In this document: positions 31,185-42,421 of the stretch, piece by piece | Position numbering within the stretch: position 1 is the first letter of the stretch | Layout: the number at the start of each line of letters is the position of its first letter | Origin: Actinomycetes bacterium | GTDB lineage: Bacteria; Actinomycetota; Actinomycetes; Prado026 | Direction of reading: 5' to 3' | Length of the DNA stretch: 64,000 nucleotides | NCBI GenBank assembly: GCA_038210415.1 | Contig: JBBQWS010000009.1 | Location: forward strand, 14,267-78,266 | The notes under the pieces: generated by a model | The model's input: the letters and a program-made list of their open reading frames with translations, nothing else | The model's database searches: none | Told to the model about the DNA's origin: nothing | Position numbers and translations under genes: made by a program

Positions 31185-32048
31185 GTGACCGAGCCGCATG
31201 GGTATACCCACGCCTACAGCGGGAAGGTCCGCGATCTGTACGACCTTCCCGACGGCACGCTGCTGGTCGTCGCCTCCGACCGGATCTCCGCGTACGACTG
31301 GGTGCTGCCGAGCCTGATTCCCGACAAGGGCCGGATCCTCACGGCGCTCAGCCTGTGGTGGTTCGACCAGTTCTCCGACCTCGTGCCCGGCCACGTGCTG
31401 TCGACCGATGTGCCGCCGGAGTTCGCCGGCCGGGCCATGGTCTGCGAGCGGCTGCAGATGTTCCCGGTCGAGTGCGTGGTGCGTGGTTACCTCGCCGGGT
31501 CGGGGCTGGCCGACTACAGCGCGACCGGAGCGGTGTGCGGCGTGCGGCTGCCGCCCGGCCTCGTCGACGGCGACCGGTTGCCGGCGCCGATCTTCACCCC
31601 GGCGACCAAGGCGGCGCTCGGGGACCACGACGAGAACGTCGACTTCGACCACGTGGCCCGCACGGTCGGCGTCGAGGCTGCCGAACACCTGCGGGCGCTG
31701 AGCCTGGCGGTCTACGAGCGGGCCGAGGCCGTGGCCCGAGGCCGCGGCATCATCCTTGCCGACACCAAGCTCGAGTTCGGTCGCCGGGAGGACGGCACGA
31801 TCGTCCTCGGCGACGAGGTGCTCACCCCCGACTCGTCCAGGTTCTGGCCGGCCGTCTCCTGGGCACCGGGTCACGCCCAGCCGTCCTTCGACAAGCAGTA
31901 CGTCCGCGACTGGTTGACGTCGCCGGCGTCGGGCTGGGCCAAGGACTCCGGCAAACCGCCGCCGCCGTTGCCGGACGACGTCGTCGCCCGAACGCGAGCC
32001 ACGTATGTCGAGGCCTACGAGCGGCTGACCGGCCGCGCGTTCGTGTGA
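31185..32048 (+). CDS. purC: phosphoribosylaminoimidazole-succinocarboxamide synthase
   Basis: 287 aa. Motifs SGKVRDLYD and ILADTKLEFG. Confidence 0.93.
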   Translation: MTEPHGYTHAYSGKVRDLYDLPDGTLLVVASDRISAYDWVLPSLIPDKGRILTALSLWWFDQFSDLVPGHVLSTDVPPEFAGRAMVCERLQMFPVECVVRGYLAGSGLADYSATGAVCGVRLPPGLVDGDRLPAPIFTPATKAALGDHDENVDFDHVARTVGVEAAEHLRALSLAVYERAEAVARGRGIILADTKLEFGRREDGTIVLGDEVLTPDSSRFWPAVSWAPGHAQPSFDKQYVRDWLTSPASGWAKDSGKPPPPLPDDVVARTRATYVEAYERLTGRAFV

Positions 32049-32070
32049 ACCGACCGAGGGGAATGCCCGC

Positions 32071-33036
32071 ATGACATGGCTCGTCACCGGAGGCGCCGGC
32101 TACATCGGGGCCCATGTCACCCGCGCTCTCGAGGCGGCAGGTCTCGGGGTCGTCGTCCTCGACGACCTGTCCAGCGGCCATCGCAGCTTCGTCGCCGAGG
32201 GGACGGCCGTCGTCCAGGGGTCGGTCGTGGACCCGGCGACGGTCCGCTCGGTCCTCGCTGACCACGGCTGCACCGGTGTGATCCATCTGGCCGGCTTCAA
32301 GTACGCCGGGGTCTCGGTCGAGCGCCCGCTGCACACCTACGAGCAGAACGTCACGGGCATGCAGGTGCTGCTCGGCGCGATGACCGATCTCGGCGTCGAC
32401 CAGCTGGTGTTCTCTTCGTCGGCCGCCTGCTACGGGTCACCGGACGTCGAGCTGGTGACCGAGGACCTCGTGACCCGCCCCGAGTCGCCGTACGGCGAGA
32501 GCAAGCTGATCGGCGAGTGGTTGATCCGCGACGTCGCTCGGGTGACCCCGTTGCGGCACACCTCGCTGAGGTACTTCAACGTCGTGGGCTCAGGGGCGCT
32601 CGACCTGTACGACACCAGCCCGCACAACCTGTTCCCCTTGGTGCTGAAGGCGTTGAGCGAGGGCCGTACCCCGATGGTGCGCGGCGACGACTACGCGACC
32701 CCGGACGGCTCGTGCGTGCGCGACTACGTGCACGTCTGCGACGTCGCTGACGCGCACGTCGCGGCGGCTGAGGCGCTGGCTGCGGGGAAGCCGCTCGAGC
32801 CGGTCTACAACCTCGGCAGCGGCGAAGGCCTGAGCGTGTTCGAGATCATGGCGGCGATGGCCCGCGTCACCGGCATCGACTTCGTGCCGGCGATCGGCGA
32901 CCGCCGTCCCGGGGACCCGGACCGGATCGTCGCCTCGGGGGCGCTGGCTGCCCGGGACCTCGGTTGGGTGCAGGCTCACACCGTCGACGAGATGGTCCGC
33001 TCCGCCTGGGACGCCTGGGCGACCGCTCCCCACTAA
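32071..33036 (+). CDS. galE: UDP-glucose 4-epimerase
   Basis: 321 aa. NAD motif TGGAGYIGAH and catalytic YGESK (YxxxK). Confidence 0.9.
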   Translation: MTWLVTGGAGYIGAHVTRALEAAGLGVVVLDDLSSGHRSFVAEGTAVVQGSVVDPATVRSVLADHGCTGVIHLAGFKYAGVSVERPLHTYEQNVTGMQVLLGAMTDLGVDQLVFSSSAACYGSPDVELVTEDLVTRPESPYGESKLIGEWLIRDVARVTPLRHTSLRYFNVVGSGALDLYDTSPHNLFPLVLKALSEGRTPMVRGDDYATPDGSCVRDYVHVCDVADAHVAAAEALAAGKPLEPVYNLGSGEGLSVFEIMAAMARVTGIDFVPAIGDRRPGDPDRIVASGALAARDLGWVQAHTVDEMVRSAWDAWATAPH

Positions 33037-33038
33037 GA

Positions 33039-33284
33039 CCCCCCCTTCCGCCACAAGGGTCCCCTCATGCCACTAGATGGCATTCCGGTGCCCTTCATCG
33101 CGTCGGCCGGCGGGCCCGATCGGCGACGCCGGACCGAGCCTGTCGATCGAGGGGCGCGGCCCACCGGCGCAGCCCGGCGCAACGAGGCGCAGCCAGGCGC
33201 CGGGGGCCGGCCCGGCCCGCTGATGAGTGTCACCAGACCGCGGTCTAGTGGCATCAGGGGACCCTTGTGGCGAGATGGGGTGGG
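33039..33284. repeat. palindromic intergenic element, copy B (full length)
   Basis: The arms at 33039-33077 and 33244-33284 are reverse complements; the inner 28 nt pair at 27 of 28 positions. The core is 166 nt. The element fills the whole galE/copD convergent spacer. Confidence 0.9.
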
Positions 33285-35336
33285 TCAGGGGTGGTTGCGC
33301 CGGTCGCGGCGGTTGAGGTCAGCCAGGCGCCGGTTGTACGCGGCGAGCTCGTCGTCGGCGTCCTCGCCGCGGTCACCGCTGGCCAAAGCCTCGGCCTCGA
33401 CCCGGTCCGCCGCCCGGTCGAACCGGCGGGCGTCGCGTTCGTCCGAGCGCATCCATTGGATGCCGATGCTCACGACCACCATGACCATCGGGATCTCGCC
33501 GAGCGCCCAGCCGATCGACCCGCCGAGGTGCTGGTCGGCGAGCAGGTCGGTGAGGTACGGACGCTGGAGCGACTCGAAGTAGCCGTTGCCCAGCAACGTG
33601 CTGGACGACATGACCGCGATGTTGAAGAAGGCGTGCAGCGGCATGGCGATCAGGAGGAGACCGAACCGGGCCGGATACGGCAGCCGTGGCGGACCCGGGT
33701 CGATCCCGAGGAGCGCCCAGAAGAACAGGTACCCGGACAGCACGAAGTGGGTCTGCATGAAGATGTGGCCCCAGTGGCTGCCCATCAACGTGCCGAACAA
33801 CGACGTGAAGTACAGCCCGTAGAAGCTACCGACGAAGATGGCGGTGGCCACGAACGGGTTCGCCAGGATCCGGACGAACGGGGAGCCGAGGAACGCGAGC
33901 AGCCACTCCCGAGGGCCCGCGTCGTCGCGGTGCGCGGGCAGCACCCGCAGCGCCAGGGTGCTCGGGGCCCCGAAGACCAGCAGCACCGGCACCACCATGG
34001 CGAGCGTCATGTGCTGGATCATGTGCGCGCTGAAGAGCACCCGGGAGTACGTCGCGATGCCTCCGCTGGTCGCCCAGGTGAGCAGCGCCAGCCCGGTGAA
34101 CCAGCCGATCGAACGGCCGACCGGCCACCGGTCGCCGCGCAGGTGGAGTCGGCGCAGTCCCACGCCGTACAGGGCGGCCGCGAGCAGGGCGACGCCGAGG
34201 AACAACGCATCAGGGCGAATCTCGGTGAGGGCGACCCGTACGAAGGTGGGCGGCGGCGGAAGGTCGAAGCCGAGTACGAGCCGCGCCGGGCTCGCTCCGC
34301 TGAGGTCTTCTGGAGTTACGACGGGGGCCGGCGTGCGCGACAGCGCGACAGCGATACCGATGGCCGCCGACATCACGGCGAGCTCCGCTGCGGCGAGCCG
34401 GACGAAGGCCCCGCTCCGGCGCGGACCGGTCAGCTGGGGAATCGTGGTGGTGCGGTGCCACCAGCCGGCCACTCCGAGCAGGACGAGCAGCACGGTCTTG
34501 GCGGTGACCAGGCGGCCGTACCCGGTGGTCAGCAGGTCCAGCGGCCCCGAGAGCCGGATCCACGCGTTGGCCATGCCCGACAGGGCCAGCCCGACGTAGC
34601 ACCAGAGCGCGACCGAGCTGAACCGTGGGACGACGTCGCGCAGAAGTCGCCGGTCGACGAACGCGACCGTGAGGAGCCCGCCGAGGCCGCCGACCCAGAC
34701 CGAGACGGACAGGACGTGGATGAGCACGCTCGAGACCGCGACCTCGTGCTGGCTCGACGCGCCCGAGTGACCGGTCAGGAAGGGGACCAGCAGGGCCGCC
34801 CACGCCGTGAGCAGCACCACGGCCGTGCCCGGTCGGGTGATCACGAACCGGCTGGCCACAGCGACGACGCCGACGCCGACGAGCTCGGCCAGCAGAGCCT
34901 GGCCCTGCGAGATCTCGGTGACGAAGTTCGTGAGCACCCCGGGGGCCAACGCGTCACCCACCGACCCACCGATCTCGTCGGCCAGGGTCAGCACGATCTG
35001 CGCGGCGACGGCGAGGAACCAGCCGAGCGCCGCGTACGACGCCCACCTCGTGAGCTTCACGGCGACGCCGCCGAGCCGACCGTTGCTGGTCGGCAGGAAG
35101 GCGGCAACGGTGAGGAGAAGACCGCTGGCCACCAGGCCGGTCAGGTCGGTGAGCAGTCGGGACACCGGCAGCGCCCAGCCGACCGCAGGTCCGGCCGAGG
35201 GCAGACCGGCGGGCACCGGCTGCGGGCTCCCGCCGCCGGCGAGCAGCGCGACCACCAGCGCAACCAGGGCGACAAGCAGGCAGCCCCAGGCGACGTGGCG
35301 CAGCGTCAGCGGCCCGGGGGCGGTGGTGTCCGACAT
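33285..35336 (-). CDS. CopD / cytochrome-oxidase-assembly (CtaG-like) fusion membrane protein
   Basis: ATG 35336 overlaps the copC stop by 1 nt. The product is 683 aa and highly polytopic, and it sits in an operon with copC. Confidence 0.75.
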   Translation of the reverse strand: MSDTTAPGPLTLRHVAWGCLLVALVALVVALLAGGGSPQPVPAGLPSAGPAVGWALPVSRLLTDLTGLVASGLLLTVAAFLPTSNGRLGGVAVKLTRWASYAALGWFLAVAAQIVLTLADEIGGSVGDALAPGVLTNFVTEISQGQALLAELVGVGVVAVASRFVITRPGTAVVLLTAWAALLVPFLTGHSGASSQHEVAVSSVLIHVLSVSVWVGGLGGLLTVAFVDRRLLRDVVPRFSSVALWCYVGLALSGMANAWIRLSGPLDLLTTGYGRLVTAKTVLLVLLGVAGWWHRTTTIPQLTGPRRSGAFVRLAAAELAVMSAAIGIAVALSRTPAPVVTPEDLSGASPARLVLGFDLPPPPTFVRVALTEIRPDALFLGVALLAAALYGVGLRRLHLRGDRWPVGRSIGWFTGLALLTWATSGGIATYSRVLFSAHMIQHMTLAMVVPVLLVFGAPSTLALRVLPAHRDDAGPREWLLAFLGSPFVRILANPFVATAIFVGSFYGLYFTSLFGTLMGSHWGHIFMQTHFVLSGYLFFWALLGIDPGPPRLPYPARFGLLLIAMPLHAFFNIAVMSSSTLLGNGYFESLQRPYLTDLLADQHLGGSIGWALGEIPMVMVVVSIGIQWMRSDERDARRFDRAADRVEAEALASGDRGEDADDELAAYNRRLADLNRRDRRNHP

Positions 35337-35881
35337 CACGACTCCTGCCCCGAGGCTCCCCGTCCCCGTCGCGACAGCCACCAGCCGGCAACGGCGCAGG
35401 CGACCAGCACGGCTGCACCTGCCGCTAGGGCACCGCCGGTACCGGAATCGACCGGTTCGTCGGCGCCGTCGGGGGGTTGCACCGTTGCCGGTGGCGCGGT
35501 CGCGCCCGCAGTGAGGGTGAAGCCCAGCGTGCCGGTGAGGGGGTGACCGTCCGCGGAGACGACGCGACACGTCACCGAATAGTGCCCTCGGTACGGCAGC
35601 GGTTCGAGCGGCTGCGTTGCCGTGCGATCGACCACCGTGGGCTTCCCGGTGTCAAAGCGCCCGCCATTCGGCCCGGTCACGATCACCACGTCGCCGATGT
35701 CCTGGACGTTCTCGTCGAAGGTCAGCACGATCTGCTGCGGGGAGCCCGACACGAGAGCACCGTTCGCCGGGCTCGTGCTCACGAGCTGGCTGTGCGCCCA
35801 CGCGGGGGCCGGCTGCAGCACGACCACCGCACTCATCACCAGGCCGAGCAGGCCGCCGCCGAGTCGTCGAGAACCGTTCAC
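35336..35881 (-). CDS. copC: copper resistance protein CopC
   Basis: 181 aa. The signal peptide ends AWA|HSQLVSTSPANGA, giving the CopC N-terminal His after cleavage. A C-terminal TM anchor is present. Confidence 0.82.
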   Translation of the reverse strand: MNGSRRLGGGLLGLVMSAVVVLQPAPAWAHSQLVSTSPANGALVSGSPQQIVLTFDENVQDIGDVVIVTGPNGGRFDTGKPTVVDRTATQPLEPLPYRGHYSVTCRVVSADGHPLTGTLGFTLTAGATAPPATVQPPDGADEPVDSGTGGALAAGAAVLVACAVAGWWLSRRGRGASGQES

Positions 35882-35960
35882 CGTTCGTGCCTCCCTGGAT
35901 CGAGTCTGCCCTGACCGGCGGCTGAGCGCGCCTGCGGTACGGGGACGGCGCCTCGACGGG

Positions 35961-37421
35961 TCAGCCGGTCGGTCGGGTCAGCGCCGAGAGAAATGACTCC
36001 GCCCAGCGCTGCACATCGTGGGTGCGGACGTGCTCGCGCATCGAGGCCATCCGGCGCGCGCGGTCCTCAGGAGAGGCGTGCACAGCGGCGAGGATGGCGC
36101 CCTTGACCCCGTCGGCGTCGTACGGGTTGACCAGCCACGCCTGGGTCAGCTCGAGCGCTGCACCGGCGAACTCGCTGAGCACCAGCGCGCCGTCGCCGTC
36201 GACCCGGGCGGCGACGTACTCCTTGGCCACGAGGTTCATCCCGTCGCGCAGCGGCGTGACCAACATGATGTCGGCGGCCTCGTAGAACGCGATCAGCTCG
36301 GCGGAGTCGAGGGTCTGGTAGAGGTACTGGACGGGGTTCGCGCCGACGCTGCCGTAGCGGCCGACCGCCCGGCCCACCGCGAGCTCGATCTCGTCGCGGA
36401 TGCGTTGGTACTCCTCGACGTTGCCCCGGCTCGGGGTGGCGATCTGGAAGAACACCACCGACCCCGGGTCGAGCGAACCGTCCTCGAGCAGCTCGTCGAT
36501 CGCGGTCAGCCGAACGCCGATGCCCTTGGTGTAGTCGAGCCGGTCGACGCCGAGCACCAGGGTGACGGGGTTGCCGAGCTCGGCCCGGATCTCCTTCGCC
36601 CTGGCCTGCACCTCGGGGCTGTGGGCGATCGCGTCGATGGCGCTGTAGTCGATGGAGATCGGGAAGTCCTTGGCCTTGACCCGACGGGTGTTCGGCTCGT
36701 CCGGCGCGCTCTCGGTCACGACGAGGTCGTCGCCGTCGACCATGGCATCGCAGAGCCGGGCGGCGAGGCCGATGAAGTTGACGGCGTCGTCGGGGATCTG
36801 AAACCCCACGAGGTCGGCGCCCAGCAGGCCCCAGATGATCTCCGACCGCCACGGCAGCTGCATGAACAGCTCGATCGGCGGGAACGGGATGTGCAGGAAG
36901 AAGCCGATCCGCAGGTCGGGCCGCAGCTCGCGGAGCATGCGCGGGACGAGCTGCAGCTGGTAGTCGTGGACCCACACCGTCGCGCCCGGCGCTGCGACGG
37001 CGGCCACGTCGTCGGCGAAGCGCCGGTTCACCGCGCGGTAGGCCGTCCACAGGTGCCGGTGGTACGCAGGGGTGGCGACCGCGTCGTGGTATAGCGGCCA
37101 GATCGTGGTGTTGCTCATGCCCTCGTAGTAGAGCTCGACCTCCTCGCGCGTGAGGCTCACCTCGATCAAGGCCAGCTCGTCGTCGTCGTTCGGCAAGGGG
37201 GCGTCGGTGCCCTCGGCGACCTCGTCGGCGGCCCGCCCGCTCCAGCCGACCCAGGCCGCAGGCTTGCCCTTGAGAGCCGGGGTCAGCGCGGCGACCAGTC
37301 CACCCGGCGAACGCCGCCACGTCGAGGTTCCGTCGTCCGCGACGATTGCATCGACGGGCAACCGATTGGCCACGACCACGAAGTCGTACAAAGCAACACC
37401 TCCGGCTGGGGGTTTACCCAA
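35961..37421 (-). CDS. otsA: alpha,alpha-trehalose-phosphate synthase
   Basis: 486 aa GT20 family. Motifs FVVVANRLPV, HDYQL and GFFLHIPFP. Confidence 0.92.
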   Translation of the reverse strand: MGKPPAGGVALYDFVVVANRLPVDAIVADDGTSTWRRSPGGLVAALTPALKGKPAAWVGWSGRAADEVAEGTDAPLPNDDDELALIEVSLTREEVELYYEGMSNTTIWPLYHDAVATPAYHRHLWTAYRAVNRRFADDVAAVAAPGATVWVHDYQLQLVPRMLRELRPDLRIGFFLHIPFPPIELFMQLPWRSEIIWGLLGADLVGFQIPDDAVNFIGLAARLCDAMVDGDDLVVTESAPDEPNTRRVKAKDFPISIDYSAIDAIAHSPEVQARAKEIRAELGNPVTLVLGVDRLDYTKGIGVRLTAIDELLEDGSLDPGSVVFFQIATPSRGNVEEYQRIRDEIELAVGRAVGRYGSVGANPVQYLYQTLDSAELIAFYEAADIMLVTPLRDGMNLVAKEYVAARVDGDGALVLSEFAGAALELTQAWLVNPYDADGVKGAILAAVHASPEDRARRMASMREHVRTHDVQRWAESFLSALTRPTG

Positions 37422-37432
37422 CCGGTGTCAGG

Positions 37433-37900
37433 TTAGTCGCGGTCGGGCAGGTCGCCAGCCGCCAGCCGCTCGCCGGGGGTGACCCGGAAGACCGGTATGT
37501 ACCGGTCGGCACGCTCCTCGTACGTGGAGAACGACGAAAAGCTGCTCGTGAGCTTGGCGTACAGCGCGTCGCGGTCCGGCCCCTCGGCCTCGCCGAACGC
37601 GGCGCGGAAGTGCTGCCCGTCGACCTCGAGGAAACCCTCCGGGTGGGCCCGGACGTTGAAGACCCAACCCGGCACCTTGGCCTGGCCGGCGTTCGACCCG
37701 GTGACGACGAACGCCGCGTCCGCGCCCTCGCCGTCGCGCACGGCGAGCAGCGGGTTCTTGCGCCAGACCCCCGACTTGCGGCCCAGCGTCGTGATCCAGA
37801 CGATCTGCTGGCCCCCAGGGAAGTGTCGGCCGAGGCGTCCACCCGATACGCGGTACAGGACGCGGTGACCCCGGGTCAGGCTGCGGAGAACCAGTCCCAT
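37433..37900 (-). CDS. deazaflavin (F420)-dependent nitroreductase family protein (Ddn-like)
   Basis: Motifs TTLGRKSGVWRKNPL and GWVFNVRAHP. ATG 37900 is preferred, because GTG 37969 would leave only 14 nt to the divergent purS start. Confidence 0.75.
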   Translation of the reverse strand: MGLVLRSLTRGHRVLYRVSGGRLGRHFPGGQQIVWITTLGRKSGVWRKNPLLAVRDGEGADAAFVVTGSNAGQAKVPGWVFNVRAHPEGFLEVDGQHFRAAFGEAEGPDRDALYAKLTSSFSSFSTYEERADRYIPVFRVTPGERLAAGDLPDRD

Positions 37901-37983
37901 GGCGGCGTCGTACGTCCGTTTGTTCACGTGGGGAACGGTATCCTGAGCGGACCGCCGAACACCCTCCACACCGGGAGCGCCTC

Positions 37984-38229
37984 GTGGCCCGCGTCGTCGT
38001 CGACGTCATGCTCAAGCCGGAGATCCTCGACCCGCAGGGTCAGGCCGTCCAAGGAGCGCTGGGACGCCTCGGGTTCGACGGGGTGACCAGCGTCCGCCAG
38101 GGCAAGCAGTTCGTCATCGATGTCGACGGACCGGCCGACGAGACGCTGCGCGGCAGGGCCGACGAGATGGCCAGCACCCTGCTCGCCAACCTCGTGATCG
38201 AGGACTACACGGTTCGGGTCGACGACTGA
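37984..38229 (+). CDS. purS: phosphoribosylformylglycinamidine synthase subunit PurS
   Basis: 81 aa beginning [22 protein letters not shown]. The stop overlaps the purQ ATG. Confidence 0.9.
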   Translation: MARVVVDVMLKPEILDPQGQAVQGALGRLGFDGVTSVRQGKQFVIDVDGPADETLRGRADEMASTLLANLVIEDYTVRVDD

Positions 38230-38906
38230 TGGCGCTGCGGATCGGTGTCGTCACGTTTCCCGGCTCGCTCGACGACCGCGACGCCGCTCGGGCCGTCCGG
38301 CTGGCCGGCGGTGAGGCCGTGGCGCTCTGGCACAAGGACCGCACCCTCTCCGGGGTGGACGCAGTGGTCCTGCCCGGTGGCTTCTCGTACGGCGACTACC
38401 TGCGCTGCGGTGCGATCTCGCGGTTCGCTCCCGTCATGGCCGCCGTCGTCGAGGGTGCACAGGGTGGGCTGCCGGTTCTGGGCATCTGCAACGGTTTCCA
38501 GATCCTGTGCGAATCCGGACTGCTGCCCGGCGCGTTGACCCGCAACGACAGCCTGCACTTCGTGTGTCGTGACCAGCGCCTACGCATCGAGTCCGTCACG
38601 ACGGCCTGGACCAGCGGCTACACGGCCGGCCAAGAGATCGTCGTCCCGCTGAAGAACGGCGAAGGCGGCTACGTCGCCGACCAGCTCGCGTTGGACGAGC
38701 TCGAGGCCGAGGGCCGGATCGTCGCCCGCTACCTCGAGGTCAACCCGAACGGCTCGCGGCGCGACATCGCCGGCATCTCGAACGCGGCCGGCAACGTCGT
38801 CGGACTGATGCCTCACCCCGAGCACGCCGTCGAGCCGCTCACCGGCCCCACGACCGACGGGCTCGCGTTCTTCACGTCCGTCCTGACCCGGCTCGTCCGC
38901 TCATGA
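38229..38906 (+). CDS. purQ: phosphoribosylformylglycinamidine synthase subunit PurQ
   Basis: 225 aa. GATase nucleophile motif GICNGFQIL and MPHPEHA. Confidence 0.93.
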   Translation: MALRIGVVTFPGSLDDRDAARAVRLAGGEAVALWHKDRTLSGVDAVVLPGGFSYGDYLRCGAISRFAPVMAAVVEGAQGGLPVLGICNGFQILCESGLLPGALTRNDSLHFVCRDQRLRIESVTTAWTSGYTAGQEIVVPLKNGEGGYVADQLALDELEAEGRIVARYLEVNPNGSRRDIAGISNAAGNVVGLMPHPEHAVEPLTGPTTDGLAFFTSVLTRLVRS

Positions 38907-38922
38907 TCGAGGAGTTCTTCCA

Positions 38923-41196
<2,274 letters not shown>

Positions 41197-41198
41197 GC

Positions 41199-41235
41199 CA
41201 GGTGGGCGGGGCCCCCTGCAGACCCCGCCCACCTG
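41199..41235 (+). terminator. strong hairpin immediately after purL
   Basis: Perfect 13-bp stem CAGGTGGGCGGGG (41199-41211) / CCCCGCCCACCTG (41223-41235) with an 11-nt loop. There is no U tract, which is common in high-GC actinobacteria. Confidence 0.6.
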
Positions 41236-41398
41236 TGGCGATCATGCGTCCAGCCGACGGTCGGACGCCGGGCCAACTGCTTGCATGTTCCTGCCGTGTC
41301 CGGAATCGGCAACTAAGTTCACCCGATTGGCGCAGAATGTGCCGACGCGGTCCGGGTCCGGCGAGACAGCCCGACGTCCGACCCAGCATCCTTGGGCT

Positions 41399-42394
41399 AT
41401 GCCATCGACTGATGACACAGCCGCTGCTGCCGGTGCGCTGTACGACGCGGTTCGCCGACTCGACGGTGCGACCCGCGAAAGGCTCGCGGCCTCCCTCCAC
41501 CGCTCGGTCGCGGAGGTCTTCCCGCTGTTGGAGACGCTCGTCGACGAGGGACTGGTCTGGGTCGACGACAGCTTTCCGCCGCTCTATCGCCGTGCCGACC
41601 CGACCGCCGGGCTGATCGCCCTGGCAGCCAATCGAAGGGCGGACCTCGAGCGGTTGAGCGAACGCCTCGAGATCGACCTCGGGGTGCTTGACGCCTTGCT
41701 TGGGCCCAGCGACTCGGTCGGGGGCTGGCGGCCTGGGGTCGACCGTGTCGTCGATCTGCCCAGCATCCGGACCCGGTTGGCCGAGCTGCACAGCAAGGCT
41801 TCGGTCGAGCTGCTCGCGTTCGACTTCGGCCGACCCAGCCGGGCCAGCAAGGCGCGGCGCCAGGAGGCGTACGAGGCCTCGGCCCGGCTCGACCGCGAGT
41901 GGCTCGCTCGCGGCGGTTCCATGCGCACGATCTTCACCGAGGCCGTGCAGTACGACCCCCTCGCTTGGGCGTTCACGACCCGGCCGGTCGACGAGGGCGG
42001 TTCGGTCCGGCTCAGCCCGACCCTGCCGCTGCAGCTGCTCATCATCGACCGCACGATCGCTGTCGCCCAGGTCGACCCGTTGGACTCCGACGCCGGCGCC
42101 CTGTTCATCTCCGAACCGGGAGTCGTCAGTGCTCTGGTCGACCTGTTCGAGGTCTACTGGATGCACTCGACCGAGGTCGGTGCACCGCCGGCCAACGACG
42201 TCGGGTCGCTCACCCCCCAGCAGCGCGCGGTGCTGGGACTGCTCGAGCTCGGTCACAAGGACGAGTCCATCGCGCGGCACCTCGGGGTGTCGCTGCGCAC
42301 CGCCAGCCGGATCATCGCCGACACCCTCGAGGTGCTGGGCGCCGAGAGTCGGTTCCAGGCAGGGGTGCTGGCAGCGAAACGGGGTTGGTTGTGA
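41399..42394 (+). CDS. LuxR/GerE-type transcriptional regulator with an N-terminal winged-helix-like region
   Basis: ATG 41399. C-terminal HTH LTPQQRAVLGLLELGHKDESIARHLGVSLRTASRIIADTLEVLG. Confidence 0.75.
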   Translation: MPSTDDTAAAAGALYDAVRRLDGATRERLAASLHRSVAEVFPLLETLVDEGLVWVDDSFPPLYRRADPTAGLIALAANRRADLERLSERLEIDLGVLDALLGPSDSVGGWRPGVDRVVDLPSIRTRLAELHSKASVELLAFDFGRPSRASKARRQEAYEASARLDREWLARGGSMRTIFTEAVQYDPLAWAFTTRPVDEGGSVRLSPTLPLQLLIIDRTIAVAQVDPLDSDAGALFISEPGVVSALVDLFEVYWMHSTEVGAPPANDVGSLTPQQRAVLGLLELGHKDESIARHLGVSLRTASRIIADTLEVLGAESRFQAGVLAAKRGWL

Positions 42395-42421
42395 TCGAGG
42401 CGGCCCAGCGCAGGCCCGGCG

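Noticed and set aside
33067-33582. Small ORFs beginning MPL(D/E/G), which start at the ATG inside every repeat arm on both strands. Examples are MPLDGIPVPF, MPLERARAPL and MPLGGVSVPL, plus MPLDRG on the minus strand. Each is preceded by AAGGG.
   Set aside because: The shared N-terminal residues are simply the conserved arm DNA (ATGCCACTAG) read as protein. Downstream lengths, frames and sequences are unrelated between copies, and some run into neighbouring genes. A structural DNA or RNA element explains the conservation better than a peptide. Ribosome profiling could reopen the question.
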